The notes below the pieces were generated by a model. That model searched no databases. It saw only the letters and a program-made list of their open reading frames with translations, and had not been told where the DNA came from. From Desulfovibrionales bacterium (lineage in GTDB: Bacteria; Desulfobacterota; Desulfovibrionia; Desulfovibrionales; Desulfomicrobiaceae): a stretch of 64,000 nt of DNA. The DNA is taken from positions 2,060 to 66,059 of the forward strand of contig JAAYGN010000197.1 in the NCBI GenBank assembly GCA_012727715.1. Direction: 5' to 3'. Position numbers and translations under genes: made by a program. Position 1 is the first letter of the stretch, and the number at the start of each line of letters is the position of its first letter. This document shows, piece by piece, positions 38,401-48,310 of the stretch.

Positions 38401-39871
38401 CACAGTGCAGCAAAATATCCCCAAAGTACTAATTGTGGATGATAACCCAGCGACCTTACGTGCTCTCCAGGATATGCTGGGATTCATGGATGTTGAAGTC
38501 GTTATTGCCCAGTCTCTGGATCAGTCCCAAACACATTTAACCCGGTGCAATAGCCGATACCACTCCATTTTGATCAAGGACAGCATCTTTACCGAGTTCG
38601 GATCAGACTTTATTATAAATCTGTATGATCAATCCAAATGTCCACCTCCGGAAATAATTCTTTTGGGAACACCAGGGGCTTTACACTCCCATATTGCAAC
38701 ACAAGTACGAGCAGTGCTGGTCAAACCTGTATTTCCGCACCAGATACGACGTGCTTTGATCGGGCTTCCACCCAATTCGTATCAGCCACACCCAGTAACA
38801 ACTCCTGATGATCCTTACAAAGACATAAGCTTGATCAATACTGCTATTTTAATTGTAGAGGATAATCCCATTAATCAGGAAGTCGCCAGTCGAATTCTTT
38901 CCAAAGCCGGAGCGCACGTGCATGTTGCTGAAGACGGCATAGAAGCCATCAATATTTTAAAGCAGAAAAACTTTGATCTCATTCTCATGGACTTGCAAAT
39001 GCCAAGAATGGATGGATATACTACGTGCATGGAAATACGAAACAAATTGAAATTATCCTTACCTATCATTGCAATGACTGCTCATGCCTTGGACCAAGAC
39101 CGCAAAAAATCGCTGAAATGTGGTATGAATGATTTTTTATCCAAGCCTGTACATGCTCAAACGCTTTTACAAACTGTTGGCAATCTGATTTATGAAAAGT
39201 CCAATACACCACTCCCCCAATTGACGGAAGATAACAGCCAGTGTCTTGACCAAAAAAATGCTCTAAAACGACTGGACAATGATCAAGATGCCTATGCCAG
39301 CTTGCTCCATTTGTTTTGGAATAGATACAAAGATGTGACGGATATTATCAATGCAATCAATATGCAAAAAAATACAGATGCCTCCAGACTTCTCCATGCC
39401 TTACGCGGGGCTGCTGCAGCTATTGGTGCTCAGCACTTGGTTCAAGCAGCCCAGAACTTGGAAGTTATTTTAAAAAATTCCAATCCTCAAACCATCCCTC
39501 AATCCAGAGTAGAAGCATTTCAGGCTGCACACCAAGAATTACTCGACATTCTTGAAACCAGCTGCACAACACCCCAGGCGGACCTCATCACCAATGCAGT
39601 GGACCTGGATCGCCTTACTACATTGCTTTGCCCACTTTCCACCTATCTTCAGGCCAACAATTTACGTGCCGAAGATATTGTTGCTGAAATTGAAACTCTA
39701 TTGCAGGGAACATCCTTGCATAATTGGGTTATTAAATTAAAACACATGACTGACAACCTTGACTATCAATCAGCCATGCAAATGCTACAGCAATTGCGTA
39801 AAAAACTACCAGAACTGGAGAGTAACCACCTTGGATCACCTGCCAAGCAATCAGACTATCTTGATTGTTGA
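35468..39871 (+). CDS. Soluble hybrid sensor kinase GAF-PAS-GAF-GAF-HisKA-HATPase-REC-REC-HPt
   Basis: Two similar GAFs (NFYIAFYD / NFYIALHD), FLANMSHEIRTPLN, YGGTGLGL, FDLILMDLQMP, HPt LLHALRGAA; no TM seen. Confidence 0.9.
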   Translation: MTTPRLPIELKLRINYKNNQNFLLMTTNSCSPLQQPTSQTGIQSRKEEFLQKQAKLDTVRETLLAIFDAVTTTEDLDELFRIIHQELGRIFDVTNFYIAFYDQATDIAHFPYCVDERDGQIDVRHNVSQAPSLTAEVIRQKRPLCFTKKEFLARATDPYYGQLMGTAPEIWIGAPLRVAGKVTGVLAVQSYTDPNAFTERDMEVLDSVSYPVALAIDRKQNLDALHKKDKQYRELINNIPSIIFATSPTGQLELISPAFTRITGYAEKDFLGHPWHDWPDAQQYPKLGAWILPPSSGTTKSLGSLIHPQDQGYVLGAIEEAFQNSHTYTIDYRIILADGRIHFVTEEGLFIADGNGYRVEAMIHDTHDQRLAEEINQVLFEISNAVNTVPSLDKLYQTIHLELGRVIDATNFYIALHDHQRDLIEFPYHHDADPIQIKQIAHASQSKGFTAQVIFSGKAILAQHEEILARHAKHNQEHSLGTPAQIWLGVPLKIKDEVIGAVVCQSYTNPHCYSQKDVQILTSVSDQVAIAIERRRSYEALRKSEEQVRILSLQTEQFSLAAATLLDKKNLQEILDSFCTSISEYSDFSRVIISFFKPEHPFRDIVASDGFATADLKKILKIPSPPDRFIKIFKVGTQLSRLTYYVPHTAVDVFDGGFIATPNQSPLTEDDWHPHDNVFVRMNDSTGKLIGVISVDAPKSGKKPSAETIRPLEVFSSLISQIILHKKVLDELAIAKAEAEQAVQAKSQFLANMSHEIRTPLNAIIGLTDLVLDSPLIPHQADSLKKIQISGKNLLSIINDILDFSKIEADRLSLTPVHIPVREIIADIFDLMTPLASSKNIELIFHPRSHLPEKLFADPIRLHQVLVNLVSNAIKFTDKGHVILSLEMISDALDTSAQFQITDTGIGIPENIQHNLFHPFSQADSSTTRRYGGTGLGLAISKQLVTLMGGLIWVKSTVDQGSTFGFTLPGQRPLDFPTTVQQNIPKVLIVDDNPATLRALQDMLGFMDVEVVIAQSLDQSQTHLTRCNSRYHSILIKDSIFTEFGSDFIINLYDQSKCPPPEIILLGTPGALHSHIATQVRAVLVKPVFPHQIRRALIGLPPNSYQPHPVTTPDDPYKDISLINTAILIVEDNPINQEVASRILSKAGAHVHVAEDGIEAINILKQKNFDLILMDLQMPRMDGYTTCMEIRNKLKLSLPIIAMTAHALDQDRKKSLKCGMNDFLSKPVHAQTLLQTVGNLIYEKSNTPLPQLTEDNSQCLDQKNALKRLDNDQDAYASLLHLFWNRYKDVTDIINAINMQKNTDASRLLHALRGAAAAIGAQHLVQAAQNLEVILKNSNPQTIPQSRVEAFQAAHQELLDILETSCTTPQADLITNAVDLDRLTTLLCPLSTYLQANNLRAEDIVAEIETLLQGTSLHNWVIKLKHMTDNLDYQSAMQMLQQLRKKLPELESNHLGSPAKQSDYLDC

Positions 39872-40751
39872 CGATGAACCCATCAACATCAAGGCCTTGA
39901 AGACTGTTCTGGGAGACGAGCATAACCTTGTTTTTGCCACCAATGGGGAAATGGCCCTAAAAATGGCCCAGGCTGACCCTCAACCAGATCTTATTCTCAT
40001 GGATGTAGTCATGCCCGGACTAGATGGGTATGAAGTGTGTAAGCGTCTTAAGGCGGATACGAAATCCGCGCATATACCTGTGGTTTTTTTAACCGCACAC
40101 TGGGAGGCTGCAGAAGAAGCCAGAGGGTTGGAGCTTGGGGCTGTGGACTATATCCGTAAACCCTTTAGCCCACCCATTATCCGGGCGCGCATTCGCAATC
40201 ATTTGGAACTGAAAAAAACCCGGGATATGCTGGAGAATCTGTCAGCCTTGGACGGATTAACCAATATTCCCAATCGACGTAGATTTGATGAGGTGTATGC
40301 CCAGGAGTGGAGACGATCCATCAGAAACAAGACCGAGCTTTCTTTACTCTTTATTGATATTGATCATTTCAAAAATTATAATGACCTGTATGGACATCTG
40401 GCAGGAGACGATTGCCTCAGAGCAGTAGCCAGATGCCTACAGTCCTCATTAGGTCGTACTGGGGATTTTCTGGCTCGGTTCGGTGGTGAAGAATTTATTA
40501 TCCTGCTCCCAGACACAGGGCCAAAAGGCTGTCAACACATGGCCGAGACGTTTCGAGCAGCTATTGAAACACTCAATATTGAACATAAGGCTTCACCTAT
40601 AACTGATCATGTCACTGTTTCTATTGGAGGAGCTACATGCACAGAGATAGCCCAATGTGATCAAGCCAAACTTTTAAATTTGGCAGACAGACTCTTATAT
40701 GAAGCTAAAAATGCTGGTCGCAATTGTGTACGCACTGCTATTGCAGACTGA
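39831..40751 (+). CDS. REC-GGDEF diguanylate cyclase (PleD/WspR-like)
   Basis: ILIVDDE, PDLILMDVVMP, RTGD I-site, RFGGEEF; TTG start inferred from SD GGAG. Confidence 0.9.
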   Translation: MDHLPSNQTILIVDDEPINIKALKTVLGDEHNLVFATNGEMALKMAQADPQPDLILMDVVMPGLDGYEVCKRLKADTKSAHIPVVFLTAHWEAAEEARGLELGAVDYIRKPFSPPIIRARIRNHLELKKTRDMLENLSALDGLTNIPNRRRFDEVYAQEWRRSIRNKTELSLLFIDIDHFKNYNDLYGHLAGDDCLRAVARCLQSSLGRTGDFLARFGGEEFIILLPDTGPKGCQHMAETFRAAIETLNIEHKASPITDHVTVSIGGATCTEIAQCDQAKLLNLADRLLYEAKNAGRNCVRTAIAD

Positions 40752-40800
40752 CTTCAGAGCTTTGGGCACAAGACTTTCCATGGCAAACCTGTATCCTTGG

Positions 40801-42468
40801 TTATGGTGATAAGACCCGAGGAAGAATAATATAAAATGTTGTGCCCACGTCCTTGGTGCTGGTAAAATCTAAAACTCCCTGCATGCTATTGACAATATCA
40901 TGACACACAGACAGGCCCAAACCTGTACCCATGTCTTCTGATTTGGTGGTAAAAAAAGGTGTAAAAATGAGTTGATAATGATCTGGATCAATACCAATTC
41001 CATTATCAGCAATAGCAATACGTACCTGATCTTTACCTTCCGGACTACAGGTCACCACCACTTTACCAGGACGTTTATCTATAATTTCCAAAACAGCATG
41101 CATAGCATTATTCAATAAATTTAAAAGTACTTGCTGCAATCGACCAGGATCCACATAAACCATAAGCCGTATATCAGGCATGTTCACACGCAAGGTTATG
41201 TTACTTACCTCTGCCTGTTTTGCGATCATTGTCAGGACTTCAGGAATAAATTTTGCCAAATCAATATATTGTGCTTCTACTTTTGTAGCCCGACCAAAGC
41301 TTAAAATAGAACGCGTGATACGAGCACAACGATCAATTTGTACTTTAATCTGGTTAATGCTGGACAGCATATCATTCATATCGTTTAAAGAAACTGGATC
41401 ATCTTGCATTTTATTTTGAAATTCCTGAGCCAACATCTCAATATAGGCCTGATCACTTTTTATAATCTGCAAAGGATTGTTGATTTCATGGGCAAACCCG
41501 GCCGCCATTTCTCCCAACTCAGCCAATCGGCCGGCACGATATAATTGTTCACGTAGGCTTTCTTGTTCTTCATCGCGCTGGTGAAACAATGTTTGCATAG
41601 AATGCGTCAAAAATAATGCTGCCCAAAAAATAAAAAGAACAACAAAGGCAAGGGCCAATCCCAAAGCCCAAAAGGCCAAAGTGGGAATAGATAAGGCTTT
41701 GCCTGATGTGCGCAGAATCACAATCCAGTCTGTGTGCTTAAGCGCCTGACTAGCATAGGCCATAGAAGTTTTGGAGTCCCAAAAAGCGTGTCCCAGGCGA
41801 CCCTGAAAAAGTGACTCAACCAGATCATGGTCGTCCACAAAATCCTGGTCTGCACTAGTCGTAATGACTGCGCCAGTATCACGTGCTAAAAAAATATCTA
41901 TATGCTCAGTATTCAGGGTAGGTAACTGAGAAAGAACACTTGTCGGGTTCAAGGCCACACGTAAAACATAAGGCTGTTCGTTTACAATCAATCGTTGGGC
42001 TATGATAAAATGTGGTACACCCAAAGGACTGGTGATGACGTCACTTATACTTGCGCCTTGGGCCAAAGCTTGGGCAAACCATTGGCCTGGCACAATATGT
42101 GATCCAGTAAGAACCTTGGGGCCTGTGTAGCCGTGCACAACCCCCCTTTGATCCAAAAGTGCGGCTTCCAGTACTTCATTCTTGCGATTTACTATCTCAA
42201 AAAGCATAGCCAGCCCCTGTTTTTCCTCCTTAAGGGACAAAATATCTTCAGCTAAACGCAAATCAGCATAAAAATCTGAAAAATACTGATCCAGGACTTG
42301 AGCATGGGTCTTGGATACAAAGTCCAAAGAATCTACGGTATTTTGACGGACATAGGTAGTAAAAAAATATCCACCAACGCCCAAGAGGGAAGTCATGGCC
42401 ACCAAGGGCACCAGGACAATAATGAGAAAAAAATGGCGTTTAAAGGTTTGTGAGCTGGGATGCTGCAT
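40801..42468 (-). CDS. Membrane sensor histidine kinase (Cache-like periplasmic domain)
   Basis: Two TMs, AHEINNPL, QQVLLNLLNNA, DNGIGI, GTGLGL. Confidence 0.9.
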   Translation of the reverse strand: MQHPSSQTFKRHFFLIIVLVPLVAMTSLLGVGGYFFTTYVRQNTVDSLDFVSKTHAQVLDQYFSDFYADLRLAEDILSLKEEKQGLAMLFEIVNRKNEVLEAALLDQRGVVHGYTGPKVLTGSHIVPGQWFAQALAQGASISDVITSPLGVPHFIIAQRLIVNEQPYVLRVALNPTSVLSQLPTLNTEHIDIFLARDTGAVITTSADQDFVDDHDLVESLFQGRLGHAFWDSKTSMAYASQALKHTDWIVILRTSGKALSIPTLAFWALGLALAFVVLFIFWAALFLTHSMQTLFHQRDEEQESLREQLYRAGRLAELGEMAAGFAHEINNPLQIIKSDQAYIEMLAQEFQNKMQDDPVSLNDMNDMLSSINQIKVQIDRCARITRSILSFGRATKVEAQYIDLAKFIPEVLTMIAKQAEVSNITLRVNMPDIRLMVYVDPGRLQQVLLNLLNNAMHAVLEIIDKRPGKVVVTCSPEGKDQVRIAIADNGIGIDPDHYQLIFTPFFTTKSEDMGTGLGLSVCHDIVNSMQGVLDFTSTKDVGTTFYIILPRVLSP

Positions 42469-42474
42469 GGCAAC

Positions 42475-42894
42475 TCATCTACGTACACCACTTTGCTCAA
42501 AGGCCTGATAAGTGGTTTCCACAATGGAATTTAAAGCTACAGGTTTAAGCAAATAGGTATAAGCTCCATAGGCCATACCGCGTAAACCCATCTCCTCTCC
42601 ACCATGACCAGAAAGAAGAATAACCTGAATTTTAGGCCAAGCGAGCTTGATTTCCCGCAGAGTCTCGATCCCATCCATACCCGGCATGAGCACATCCAAT
42701 ATCACAACATCAATGTGTTCTTTTTTCAGTAAGGATAGTGCACTTAAACCACTGTTAACACCCGTGACATTAAAACCACGACGTTTAAGTCGTTTGACCA
42801 AGGTTTCCATAAAATCATGTTCGTCATCCACCACTAAAACCGAAGGTCCGGTATGCACTGGTGCGATATGTCCACTACTATTCTTTTCTGTCAT
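42475..42894 (-). CDS. Single-domain response regulator
   Basis: VLVVDDE, DVVILDVLMPGMDG, LSGHG, YLLKP. Confidence 0.9.
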   Translation of the reverse strand: MTEKNSSGHIAPVHTGPSVLVVDDEHDFMETLVKRLKRRGFNVTGVNSGLSALSLLKKEHIDVVILDVLMPGMDGIETLREIKLAWPKIQVILLSGHGGEEMGLRGMAYGAYTYLLKPVALNSIVETTYQAFEQSGVRR

Positions 42895-44545
42895 AATTCT
42901 TCACCGGTAATAAAATAATAAATTGTGTTCCCTGTCCCTCTTCACTGTCAAAACGAATATTTCCACCAAGCTTATTGATAATGGAGTAGCTAATCGACAA
43001 ACCTAACCCAGTACCTTCCCCCACTTTTTTGGTGGTAAAAAAGGGATCAAAAAGATGTTTTTGTATTTCTTTGTCTATGCCTGGACCACTATCACGGATG
43101 GAAATACTAATCATTTCTTTGTCTTCCTCATACCCTGTTGAGATCTGGATATGTCCATCGCGACCAATGGCATCAATAGCGTTATTAAGAAGGTTCAAAA
43201 TAACCTGCTGGATTTGGGATGCATCAGACTGAATTGCTGGTATATCAGCCATCAAGTCCCAAACAAGTTCAATATTTCTAAAATGAACTTCATTGTCCAA
43301 AAACACAGCTGTTTGTTTCAAAACATCGTTGATATACACATCATTGCAAACTGGCTCCATACGCCTGGCAAAACCAAGCATACGATGTACTACCTGACCA
43401 GCCCGTTCCACATGCTGTTCAATTTTGTGTACCGCATCATCAAACTCCTGGAAATTGGGACTGGATTGCACATCTTCTTCTTCCAACAAATCTCGCATCC
43501 ACCCGGCTTTTTCCCGAATAACAGCCAAAGGATTATTAACCTCATGAGCGACACCAGCCGCCAATTTTCCCAGAGCCGCCATTTTACTGGACTGAACCAG
43601 CTCTTCATTGAGTTGCGCCTGAGCCAGGTTGATACGATCTTGCTGGGCGACAATCATACGGGCAATAAGCAAGGTACCAATAATAATAATAAAAATCCCG
43701 CCACCAACAACAACCCAGGCCGTGGCTTTGGCTTCAGCTAAAGGTTTTAACTCACCATACATGTTTTCTTCAATAACCAGGAGCCAATCTTTTTGCTCCA
43801 GCCAAATGCCACCGACAAACATTTTTTTAGGGCCTGACTCAAACTCCCTAATCTTGGCCCCAGCAAAGGCAGTTCCAAGAAATGGAGCAAACACATCCCG
43901 GCTTTTACCACCAAATCTGGGACGAGTTTGCAATTCTCCAGCCCTGTTGACCAGATAGGCATCTCCCTTGTCTCCCAATTGTAGCCAACGCACCAGGGAA
44001 TCAAAAATATCCGAGTCAATGGTTGCCCGTAAAATCCAATCCTGTCCTTTATCCTGCTTGCCCACTGCAATAATCATATGCGGAAAGCCTCGAAACCCTT
44101 CAAATACATCAGAAACATAGACTTTTTTAATCATAACCTGATTAAACCATTCTTCTTTCTTGTAATTGATATCCTTCAAGTTATATGGACCGGAATAGGA
44201 CACATGACGACCCTGATCGTTGATCAGCCCCAAATCTATAAACGGCCTGGAACTAAACTGCATAGTTGACAAAATGGCATCCAGCTTTTCTTGAGAGCTC
44301 AGATCCTCAGTAGAATGGGCATAGATAAGCGTTCGCAACTGGGCCACTTGTTCCCGTAAAAAAAGATCAATACTTTGGCGTTTGTTCTCAGCCAGAGCAA
44401 CCAGATTAGATTGCACCTTGTTGTGATAGGCGGCTGCAAACATGGAGTACATGGTCACACCCAAAGCAAAAAGTGGAATCAAGGAAAAACCCAGGGCAGT
44501 AATAGCTATTTTGGTGCCCAGATCTTTGTAGCCAAAAGTAGACAT
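42878..44545 (-). CDS. Second Cache-domain sensor histidine kinase
   Basis: Two TMs, YSGPY...YVSDVF.GFRG.PH Cache motif, AHEVNNPL, GEGTGLGL; start ATG 44545. Confidence 0.9.
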   Translation of the reverse strand: MSTFGYKDLGTKIAITALGFSLIPLFALGVTMYSMFAAAYHNKVQSNLVALAENKRQSIDLFLREQVAQLRTLIYAHSTEDLSSQEKLDAILSTMQFSSRPFIDLGLINDQGRHVSYSGPYNLKDINYKKEEWFNQVMIKKVYVSDVFEGFRGFPHMIIAVGKQDKGQDWILRATIDSDIFDSLVRWLQLGDKGDAYLVNRAGELQTRPRFGGKSRDVFAPFLGTAFAGAKIREFESGPKKMFVGGIWLEQKDWLLVIEENMYGELKPLAEAKATAWVVVGGGIFIIIIGTLLIARMIVAQQDRINLAQAQLNEELVQSSKMAALGKLAAGVAHEVNNPLAVIREKAGWMRDLLEEEDVQSSPNFQEFDDAVHKIEQHVERAGQVVHRMLGFARRMEPVCNDVYINDVLKQTAVFLDNEVHFRNIELVWDLMADIPAIQSDASQIQQVILNLLNNAIDAIGRDGHIQISTGYEEDKEMISISIRDSGPGIDKEIQKHLFDPFFTTKKVGEGTGLGLSISYSIINKLGGNIRFDSEEGQGTQFIILLPVKNYDRKE

Positions 44546-44761
44546 ACACACATCCTCAGGTATAAAAACATACACACGCAAGTAGAGATTATATTTCTTT
44601 AAAGGATTTATACCTGAGCAAAACTGAGGGCGCAACCAAGTTTAACAACAATAAATAACAAAAAATGGGAATAAATCTACCCCTACATAGCTCTGAGCTT
44701 GTACCACAAAAAAAGCCTAGAACCAATATAAAGTGATCAAAAAAATACAAAAGGAGAATTT

Positions 44762-45241
44762 ATGAGCCAAAATATTGTTCAACAGCAGCGTGAAAACTTT
44801 AATTTTGCTTATTCCTTGTTAATGCAATTTATTGATGTATGCCCAGATGACCTGTGGGGCAAAAAATTTGGAGGCTGGCCAGTTTGGCAGCAAGTCTATC
44901 ATGCTTTAACTGCCCTGGACTTTTTTGTAGCTGCTCCTGATGCCAAGCCCATTCAAGGTTTTGTGCCTCAAGATGTGGCCAACCTTTCAGTGCAGGGCCA
45001 AGAGCCTCTTTCTAAAAATCAACTCAAGGAATTTGCCAGCCTGGCCAAAACTGGTGCTGACAAATATCTGGACTCTCTCACTGACGTTGACCTGACAACC
45101 AAAGCACAAGGTGCGTCCATGCGCATGAAAAGAGAAACAACCCACGCAACCATCATGATTTTTTTGACAGGGCACATTCTCTATCACTTGGGAACCCTTG
45201 ACGCAGCCCTTCGAGAGCAAGGCCTACAAGGTGTTTTCTAA
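44762..45241 (+). CDS. DinB-family protein
   Basis: WQQVYH...H.LYHLG His triad pattern; SD AAGGAG. Confidence 0.75.
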   Translation: MSQNIVQQQRENFNFAYSLLMQFIDVCPDDLWGKKFGGWPVWQQVYHALTALDFFVAAPDAKPIQGFVPQDVANLSVQGQEPLSKNQLKEFASLAKTGADKYLDSLTDVDLTTKAQGASMRMKRETTHATIMIFLTGHILYHLGTLDAALREQGLQGVF

Positions 45242-45346
45242 GGCTCACTAGAAATCCACAATCAAGGCCCAGTAAACCCAGATAGACTGCCCGGATTTGC
45301 TGGGCCCTGATCGCATAACCCCAAAAATATTTTGCTTGCATCCTCA

Positions 45347-46084
45347 TCACTTCATCCAGATCACTCCCACCTGTCGTCCTGTGACTCCTTCTTGTCGATA
45401 AGAAAAAAACTGATCTAAAGACGCAGTACACAGATCTAACGAAAAAATATTACAAGATAAAACACCTGCCTCCATGAGCTGATGACGAGTTAAGCACCAC
45501 AAATCCATAGTCCGGGTCATAGCATTAAAAAAATTGCTAAAATCTGGGGTCCATTCCTGATGAAAATTGACAAACTCACTTTTTTCCGGGCCAAGACTTG
45601 GCCCGCGGACCACCATAATTTCCTCAGGGCCAAGGCCATAGTGGTCACAAAAGCTGCGTACTCCTTGCCCTGGGAAATTGGCCGCATTGCCTCGCCAACC
45701 ACAATGCAAAGCCCCAACATATTGCCCCTTTCTATCAGTGAACATCAGAGCCTGACAATCAGCTGTTTTTATTACCAATCCATGGTCACAATACCTGGTA
45801 AATAATCCATCGCCCTTTAAAATTGGATCCCTAAAAAAATCCTCCTGCAAATCCACAAACACAGTTTGGCCATGCACCTGACGCAATTCTTGCCAGACTG
45901 CAAATCCCAGCTGTTCATGCAGACTCTTTCGATTGGTGTACACATTTTGGGGTTCATCACCTACTTCCAAGGACAAGTTGGCACTGGTAAAAGGCCCAGT
46001 ACTCACTCCCCCGTATCGAGTTGTAAAAACACAATGCACATGACTTAGCTTGGGAAAATGAAAGTCCAGATATTCTATACTCAT
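45347..46084 (-). CDS. pgeF: Purine nucleoside phosphorylase / PgeF (YfiH) laccase-domain protein
   Basis: FTTRYGGVS, QVHG, TADC, HCGWRG, FFSYR...GRQ. Confidence 0.9.
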   Translation of the reverse strand: MSIEYLDFHFPKLSHVHCVFTTRYGGVSTGPFTSANLSLEVGDEPQNVYTNRKSLHEQLGFAVWQELRQVHGQTVFVDLQEDFFRDPILKGDGLFTRYCDHGLVIKTADCQALMFTDRKGQYVGALHCGWRGNAANFPGQGVRSFCDHYGLGPEEIMVVRGPSLGPEKSEFVNFHQEWTPDFSNFFNAMTRTMDLWCLTRHQLMEAGVLSCNIFSLDLCTASLDQFFSYRQEGVTGRQVGVIWMK

Positions 46085-46677
46085 GACCCAAGCTCCCTAT
46101 CAGGTACAATAATTTCACCAGGAGTTATAATCATGTCCAGGGGCTGATCCCATGGCTCTTGGGGCAAGTGCTCGACAATTTGAAAGTCATAGGCCAGACC
46201 AATTAACGTGGATGTATGCATAAGGCGTGATAAAAAACGATCATAATACCCCCCTCCAAAACCCAGGCGATAACCCTGACGATCAAAAGCTATGGCAGGA
46301 ACAACAACAATATCCAGTTTCGGATTTTCCTCAGGTACAGTACACATGGGATTGGGCTCTGTAAGACCAAAATGTCCAGGCCCCAACTCTTCTGGTGTAC
46401 GTACTCTGTGGACATCCATGACACCTGGCTCATGATCTCGACATCGTGGCAAAAATACATGCACACCCTGCCCCCAAAAATGCTCAAGCAAAGGGTAGGT
46501 ATCTACTTCGCCCTTCGTGGGAAGATATATGAGGATAGACCGAGCCTTCTGCATGAGCTCAAGGCCAAGTAAAAGCTTTCGAATTCGTGCCGAAGCTTCA
46601 GCTGCCATGCTTAATGACTGCTTTTGACGTAGCTGTAAAAAATGCTGTCGTAATTTGCTTTTAGCCTGTGCTTGCAT
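46081..46677 (-). CDS. 5-formyltetrahydrofolate cyclo-ligase
   Basis: EVDT, VVVPAIAFDRQGYRLGFGGGYYDRFL. Confidence 0.92.
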   Translation of the reverse strand: MQAQAKSKLRQHFLQLRQKQSLSMAAEASARIRKLLLGLELMQKARSILIYLPTKGEVDTYPLLEHFWGQGVHVFLPRCRDHEPGVMDVHRVRTPEELGPGHFGLTEPNPMCTVPEENPKLDIVVVPAIAFDRQGYRLGFGGGYYDRFLSRLMHTSTLIGLAYDFQIVEHLPQEPWDQPLDMIITPGEIIVPDRELGS

Positions 46678-46743
46678 GATCCTGCTCACTTCCTTACCAT
46701 GTTTAAAAGAAAACATTATAATTCATTTTAAAATAGGTGACAA

Positions 46744-47418
46744 ATGAGTACAACAACAAGATTTTGGATAGCTCTGGGCGACATTCATGATCGCATCGAT
46801 GCTCTTGAACGCATTGCAAATATGGATCAAGCCGAAGCAGTCCTGTTATCCGGTGACCTGACCAATATCGGTCAACGTAATGACGCTCTTCGTGTTCTGG
46901 ATGCTTTTAAAAACAAAACAAAGAAAATTTATGCCCAAATTGGAAACATGGATACTGTGGCTGTGGACCGGACACTCACAGAACAGGGGATCAATATCCA
47001 TGGTCAGGTCGTTGATCTAGGTGGTGGTGTTGGCCTGGCAGCTGTAGGCTATTCCTCACCCACTCCTTTTGGTACACCTTCTGAAGTAAGTGAAGAGCAA
47101 CTTTGCCAATGGACACACGACGTCCTGGAAAAAGCCAACAGCTTTGCTCGGGTCATTTTAATGATCCACAATCCTCCCCAAGGAGAAACAGTTGATCGTT
47201 TGCAGTCCGGAGCCCATGTAGGTAGCCCTGGTGTGCGCAACCTTATTGAACGCTACCAGCCGGATATTGTCATTACCGGTCATATTCACGAAGCAGCAGG
47301 ACAAGAATACATTGGCCGCTCCCTGGTCCTCAATCCTGGCAGCTTCATGGATGGCGGTTATGTACGCATTGAAGACACAGCCCAAGGTCTTAGAGCAACA
47401 CTGGAGAGTGTGGCATGA
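46744..47418 (+). CDS. Calcineurin-like metallophosphoesterase
   Basis: GDIH, GDLT, GNMD, HNPP, GHIHE. Confidence 0.9.
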   Translation: MSTTTRFWIALGDIHDRIDALERIANMDQAEAVLLSGDLTNIGQRNDALRVLDAFKNKTKKIYAQIGNMDTVAVDRTLTEQGINIHGQVVDLGGGVGLAAVGYSSPTPFGTPSEVSEEQLCQWTHDVLEKANSFARVILMIHNPPQGETVDRLQSGAHVGSPGVRNLIERYQPDIVITGHIHEAAGQEYIGRSLVLNPGSFMDGGYVRIEDTAQGLRATLESVA

Positions 47419-48188
47419 TCGTACATCTGGCGTCCTGGAATGTGAACGGCTTTCGGGCGGTGCTCGGCAAGGGGTTTATGGATTGGGTAACCCAAACTTC
47501 CCCTGACATATTTGGCTTGCAGGAAGTTAAGGCCACAGAAGAACAAGTGGGTGATGATCGCAAAATCCCTGGCTATGAATGCTATTGGAATGCATCTAAA
47601 ACTAAAAAAGGATATTCAGGCACAGCCTGCTATACACGCCTTGCACCCCTGGCTGTAAACTATGGCCTGCCCAAGGCTGATTATCAAGGCGAGGGTCGTG
47701 TTATTCATTTAGAACTTGAAACTTTTCACTATTTCAACATCTATTTTCCCAATGGACAAATGAGTCAGGAACGGCTGGATTTCAAAATGGGTTTTTATGA
47801 TGCTTTTTTACAGCATGCCCAGGAGTTACGCCAATCCAAACCTATTGTTGTCTGTGGAGATTTCAATACTGCCCATCGGGAAATTGACTTAAAAAATCCT
47901 AAAGCCAATGAGGATAGATCCGGTTTTTTACCCATTGAACGGGCTTGGCTGGATACCTTTATTGCTCACGGCTATATCGACACCTTTCGTCTCTGCCATG
48001 GTGATGTACCTGATGTCTATTCCTGGTGGACCTACCGCTTTGGAGCCAGAAGTCGCAATGCAGGATGGCGCATAGATTATTTTTTTGTGTCAGAAGAATT
48101 ACGCCTACAGGTTAAAGATGCCTGGATAGAAACTACTGTTATGGGTTCAGATCATTGCCCTGTCGGCTTAAAGCTGGAAATACCCTAA
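47415..48188 (+). CDS. xth: Exodeoxyribonuclease III
   Basis: SWNVNG, LQEVK, YFPNG, GDFNTAH, GWRIDYF, SDHCP. Confidence 0.95.
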   Translation: MIVHLASWNVNGFRAVLGKGFMDWVTQTSPDIFGLQEVKATEEQVGDDRKIPGYECYWNASKTKKGYSGTACYTRLAPLAVNYGLPKADYQGEGRVIHLELETFHYFNIYFPNGQMSQERLDFKMGFYDAFLQHAQELRQSKPIVVCGDFNTAHREIDLKNPKANEDRSGFLPIERAWLDTFIAHGYIDTFRLCHGDVPDVYSWWTYRFGARSRNAGWRIDYFFVSEELRLQVKDAWIETTVMGSDHCPVGLKLEIP

Positions 48189-48255
48189 AAGTCTCTGACC
48201 ATAGGTTGATTATCGCGCCAAGCTTTCGATATAAAAGGCATATTTTCTCAAATAC

Positions 48256-48288
48256 AAAGGGCTACCTCTTTAAAAGAGGTAGCCCTTT
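48256..48288. terminator. Bidirectional terminator between convergent xth and HesB-like gene
   Basis: Perfect 15-bp IR AAAGGGCTACCTCTT/AAGAGGTAGCCCTTT. Confidence 0.8.
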
Positions 48289-48310
48289 ATATTACACAGC
48301 ACTTAAAAAA

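Noticed and set aside
46678-46743. 6S RNA, often found upstream of 5-FTHF cyclo-ligase
   Set aside because: Under 70 bp separate it from the divergent gene, too short for a roughly 180-nt RNA.
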